From the NCBI GenBank assembly GCA_963850305.1, contig CAWKKR010000006.1, forward strand, positions 64,001-128,000: DNA of 64,000 nucleotides, read 5' to 3'. Numbering within the stretch: the stretch's first letter is position 1; each line of letters opens with the position of its first letter. Under the pieces are notes generated by a model. It was not told the origin of the DNA. It saw only the letters and a list, made by a program, of their open reading frames with translations, and did not search any database. Origin of the DNA: an uncultured delta proteobacterium (GTDB taxonomy: Bacteria; Myxococcota_A; Polyangia; Polyangiales; Polyangiaceae). A program made the position numbers and the translations under genes. This document shows, in pieces, positions 60,833 through 64,000 of this stretch.

Positions 60833-63440
60833 ATGGAGAAAGGGCAGCAAAAGGAATCATCTGGCTTGCCCGATGCGCGCGCGCGCGATCGCGGGCTTCA
60901 CCTGCTTTACCTGTGGATTCGTGGCCTGCCGATACGGAGTCCCTGGGTCGTGATCACGGTCGTTCTTTGCACTCTCGTGCCGGCGACCCTTGCGGCGTTG
61001 CACCTCCGGCTCCACACGAGCTTCGTCGAGCTCCTGCCCGACTCGCAGCCGAGCGTCGTCGAGCTTCACCGTGTGAGTGGAAGGCTCGCCGGAGCGTCGA
61101 CGCTGGTGGTCGTCGCAGAAGGCAGCGGGCCGGCCTCGCTCCGCCGCTTCGCGGACGAGCTGTCGCCCGAGATCCGCGGGCTGGGGCCGAAATTCGTGAC
61201 CGGCGTGGACGAGGGAAGCCGGGACGCACGGCGGTTCATCGAGGCCCATCGCGCCCTCTACGCGGACACCAAGGACCTGCAGCAACTGCGAAACGACGTG
61301 GTCGCCCGCTACGACTACGAAGTCGGCAAGCGTACGGGTCTCGATCTCGGTCTCTCCGGCGGAGCGCCGCCGCCGGTGACGGCCGAGAGCATTCGCAAGC
61401 GCTTCGAGGGCAAGGCCGCGGAGGCCGACAAGAGCGGGGACGACGGATACTACATCGGCGAGAACGGGCATCTCGCGGCCATCGTCGTGCGGACGCCGTT
61501 CGAGGCGTTCGACCCGCGCGCGTTCGAGCTCGAACATCGCATCACGGCCCTGGTGAATCGGCTCGACGTGAAGTCCTGGGATCCGTCGCTGTCCGTTCAC
61601 TACGTGGGCAATCTCGTCACGAGCGCCGAGGAGCATCGCGCCGTGACGGCAGAATCTCGCGCACGTGGGCGTCTCGGGCGTCCTGCTCATTCTCGGGGTG
61701 GTGTTCGCGTTCTTCCTGCGGTTCCGCGTGCTCGTCGCCATGCTCCTCACGATCGGAACCGGCTGCTTGTGGTCGTTCGGTGTCGCGCGGTTCACGGTCG
61801 GATACCTGAACTCCGCCTCGGGATTTCTCGTCAGCATCATCGCCGGTAACGGCATCAACTTCGGCATCCTGCTCATGGCGCGCTATCTGGAAGCGCGTCG
61901 CACCGAGGGGCGGGACGCCGCCGAGTCCGTGCGCGTCGCGATGCGGGGGACCGCCGCCGGGACCCTCACCGTGGCCGTCACGTCGAGCGTCGCGTACGGG
62001 TCGCTTGCGCTGACCGACTTTCGCGGGTTCCGTCACTTCGGGATCATCGGTGGCGTCGGCATGTTGCTCTGCTGGGTCGCGAGTTACACGCTCCTGCCGG
62101 CGCTCCTCGTGGTGATCGAGCGCGTCGCGCCGCTCCGCACGGAATCGGGTACCTGGCGGAGTCGTGTGCGCGGGCTCTTTGGCCGACCCTTTGCGTTCCT
62201 GGCCGCGCGTTATTCGGGCGCGGTGCTGGCGGTCGCGGGGGTGTCGCTGGCGCTGTCGCTCGTGCTGACGGTGCGCTACTTCGCGCGCGATCCGCTCGAA
62301 TACGACATGAAGAAGGTGCGCAACGACGCTTCGAGCCAGACGTCGGCTCAGAAGCTCACCGAACGCGTCGCTCCCATCGTGGGGCGGCTCACGCGGGAGG
62401 GGCGAGCAATCCTCGTCGACCGTGTGGATCAGGTGGCGCCACTCGAAGCCACGCTCGAACGCCGGAGAGACGAAGCTCCCGCGGACAAGAAGCCATTCGA
62501 TCGAGTCGTGAGCGCGTTCGACCTGTTGCCGAAGGATCAACCGGAGAAGCTCCCGCTGCTCGCGACGATCGAGGATCGCGCGCGCCGTGCGCACGGGATG
62601 GGCGCCATATCGGACGACGATTGGCGGCAGATCGAGCGCGAGTTGCCCGCCGAGCCGCGGGCCCTCGGCATCGCCGATCTGCCGGAGGATATTGCGTGGC
62701 CGTTCGAGGAGTCGGACGGTACTCGCGGGCGTGTCGTCTATCTCGTGCCGACGAAGGGGGCGAGCCTGGACGACGTTCATTATCTGATGCGATGGGCCGA
62801 CAGCTTCCGCAAAGTGAAGCTCCCGAACGGCGACGTCATCCGTGGCACCGGAGATCCCGTCATCTTCTCCGACATGCTGAAGAGCGTGGGGAAAGACGGC
62901 CCCAAGGCGATGCTCGAGGCCGTCCTCGGGACGATTGCAGTGGTGCTCTTTGCGTTCCGCGGGCGGCGCTCGGGGCTTCTCGCGCTCGCGAGCATCGGCC
63001 TCGGTTTGACGTGGCTCATCGGGTTTCTGAGCTTGAGCGGGACGCACATCAATTTCCTGAACTTCGTGGCGCTGCCCATCACCGTGGGCGTGGGTGCCGA
63101 CTACGCGGTGAACATCCTCAAGCGCTTCGAGCTCGAGGGATCGGGCGCCCTTCGGCGAGTGCTCACGGAGACCGGCGGAGCCGTGGTGCTCTGTTCGATG
63201 ACGACGCTCCTCGGATACGCGGCGCTGACGCTGTCGATCAACGGCGCCGTCCGGAGCTTCGGGATGGCCGGCGCGGTGGGCGAGATCACGACCCTGACGG
63301 CGGCCGTGCTCGTGCTTCCGGCATGGTTGTTCGCCACGAAGGGCCGTGCCCGCCCAAAGCCGCGCGAAGCGCCGACGGAAGAGGGTTGGCTCGACGCCGT
63401 TCGCCATCGTGGCGCCTATCGGAGGAGCACGCTGCCATGA
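60833..63440 (+). CDS. MMPL/RND-family lipid transporter; apparent frameshift near 61654
   Basis: TSFVELLP, GNGINFGI..RYLE, FRGFRHFG, GVGADYAVN, TTLLGY; two TM blocks; deleting one A joins both ORFs (..TADLAHVG..). Confidence 0.85.
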
Positions 63441-64000
63441 CCTTCGCTTCCGCGGTGCAGCCGAGCGCCGAAGCCGAGATGCTGGCCGCTCTCACGCCAG
63501 CCCTGGCGGCCACGAGCCTGCTCTTGCTGGCGTTCATCGCGTACACCGTGAGGTCGCTGTCGCTCGGCCGTTTTCACGACCCGGAGATGGATCATCGCGG
63601 GGTGGGCGGTCTCACCAGCGCCGGCCTCCGGCACTTCTTTGCGTGGATGATGAGGCCGCTCTGGCGCGGGCTCGCGCTCGCGGGCGTACCGCCGAACGCC
63701 ATCACGACGCTCTCCTTCTCGCTGGCGGTGGGGGCCGGGGTCGCCGCGGCGGTAGGCAGGTTCGCGCTTGCGGGCTGGGTCTTCATTGCAGCGGGCACTC
63801 TGGACTTCCTCGACGGCCGCGTTGCGCGCGAGACCGGCAAGGCAACGCGCGGCGGCGCGCTCCTCGACTCGGTGCTGGATCGCTATTGCGAGTCCGCCCT
63901 GCTCGTCGGGCTCGCCTGGTACTACCGGAGCACGTGGGTGCTGGTGCCGGCGCTGCTCGCGCTGACGGGGTCGCTCTTCGTGCCCTACGTTCGTGCCCGC
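63437..64000 (+). CDS. CDP-alcohol phosphatidyltransferase family protein (3'-truncated by window edge)
   Basis: PNAIT, DFLDGRVAR...G..LDSVLDRY signature; ATGA overlap with the MMPL stop. Confidence 0.9.
   Translation, partial: MTFASAVQPSAEAEMLAALTPALAATSLLLLAFIAYTVRSLSLGRFHDPEMDHRGVGGLTSAGLRHFFAWMMRPLWRGLALAGVPPNAITTLSFSLAVGAGVAAAVGRFALAGWVFIAAGTLDFLDGRVARETGKATRGGALLDSVLDRYCESALLVGLAWYYRSTWVLVPALLALTGSLFVPYVRAR

Noticed and set aside
58567..63407. Long overlapping ORFs (58567..60294, 58608..60689, 61617..63407 and similar ones elsewhere)
   Set aside because: Arg/Ala/Pro-rich shadow frames of well-supported genes, expected in high-GC DNA.
20679..63440. Treating the five frameshifted genes as true pseudogenes or programmed frameshifts
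   Set aside because: Each appears repairable by one base with motifs otherwise intact, no slippery heptamers were seen, and the shared GATC context favours systematic sequencing error.

Overview
High-GC bacterial chromosomal segment. Gene content (PilT-like ATPase, kinase/PEGA/FGE-domain modules, Gly/Cys-rich lipoproteins, matrixin with a C-terminal sorting tail) suggests Myxococcota, probably Polyangiales; this is inference. 1-18.6 kb is housekeeping: pilT-like, bioB, GT39-like glycosyltransferase plus lpxB, glnD, parAB, tig-clpP-clpX-lon and tRNA-Val(TAC). 20.7-39 kb is an unusual envelope/lipid cluster: an AttH/CrtC-lipocalin::polyprenyl synthase fusion, a LolA-like protein, an outer-membrane barrel, a GbsR-type regulator, three paralogous GT-C-like membrane proteins, two paralogous methyltransferases, an AttEFG-like ABC exporter and an MFS transporter. 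At 39-40.3 kb is a 138-bp multi-hairpin element, present once with a 6x78-bp internal amplification and once inserted in frame in an AAA+ activator gene; its left end recurs at 56.05 kb. 41-56 kb holds secreted and lipoprotein genes, including two CX4CH cytochrome-like lipoproteins, a PQQ-type propeller and a kinase-PEGA-variable lipoprotein cassette array. The window ends with decayed toxin-antitoxin debris, an rRNA methyltransferase, a DEAD-box helicase, an MMPL transporter and a CDP-alcohol phosphatidyltransferase. Five genes carry apparent single-base frameshifts, all at or next to GATC, which are probably sequencing artefacts. All calls come from reading motifs by eye; no searches were run.
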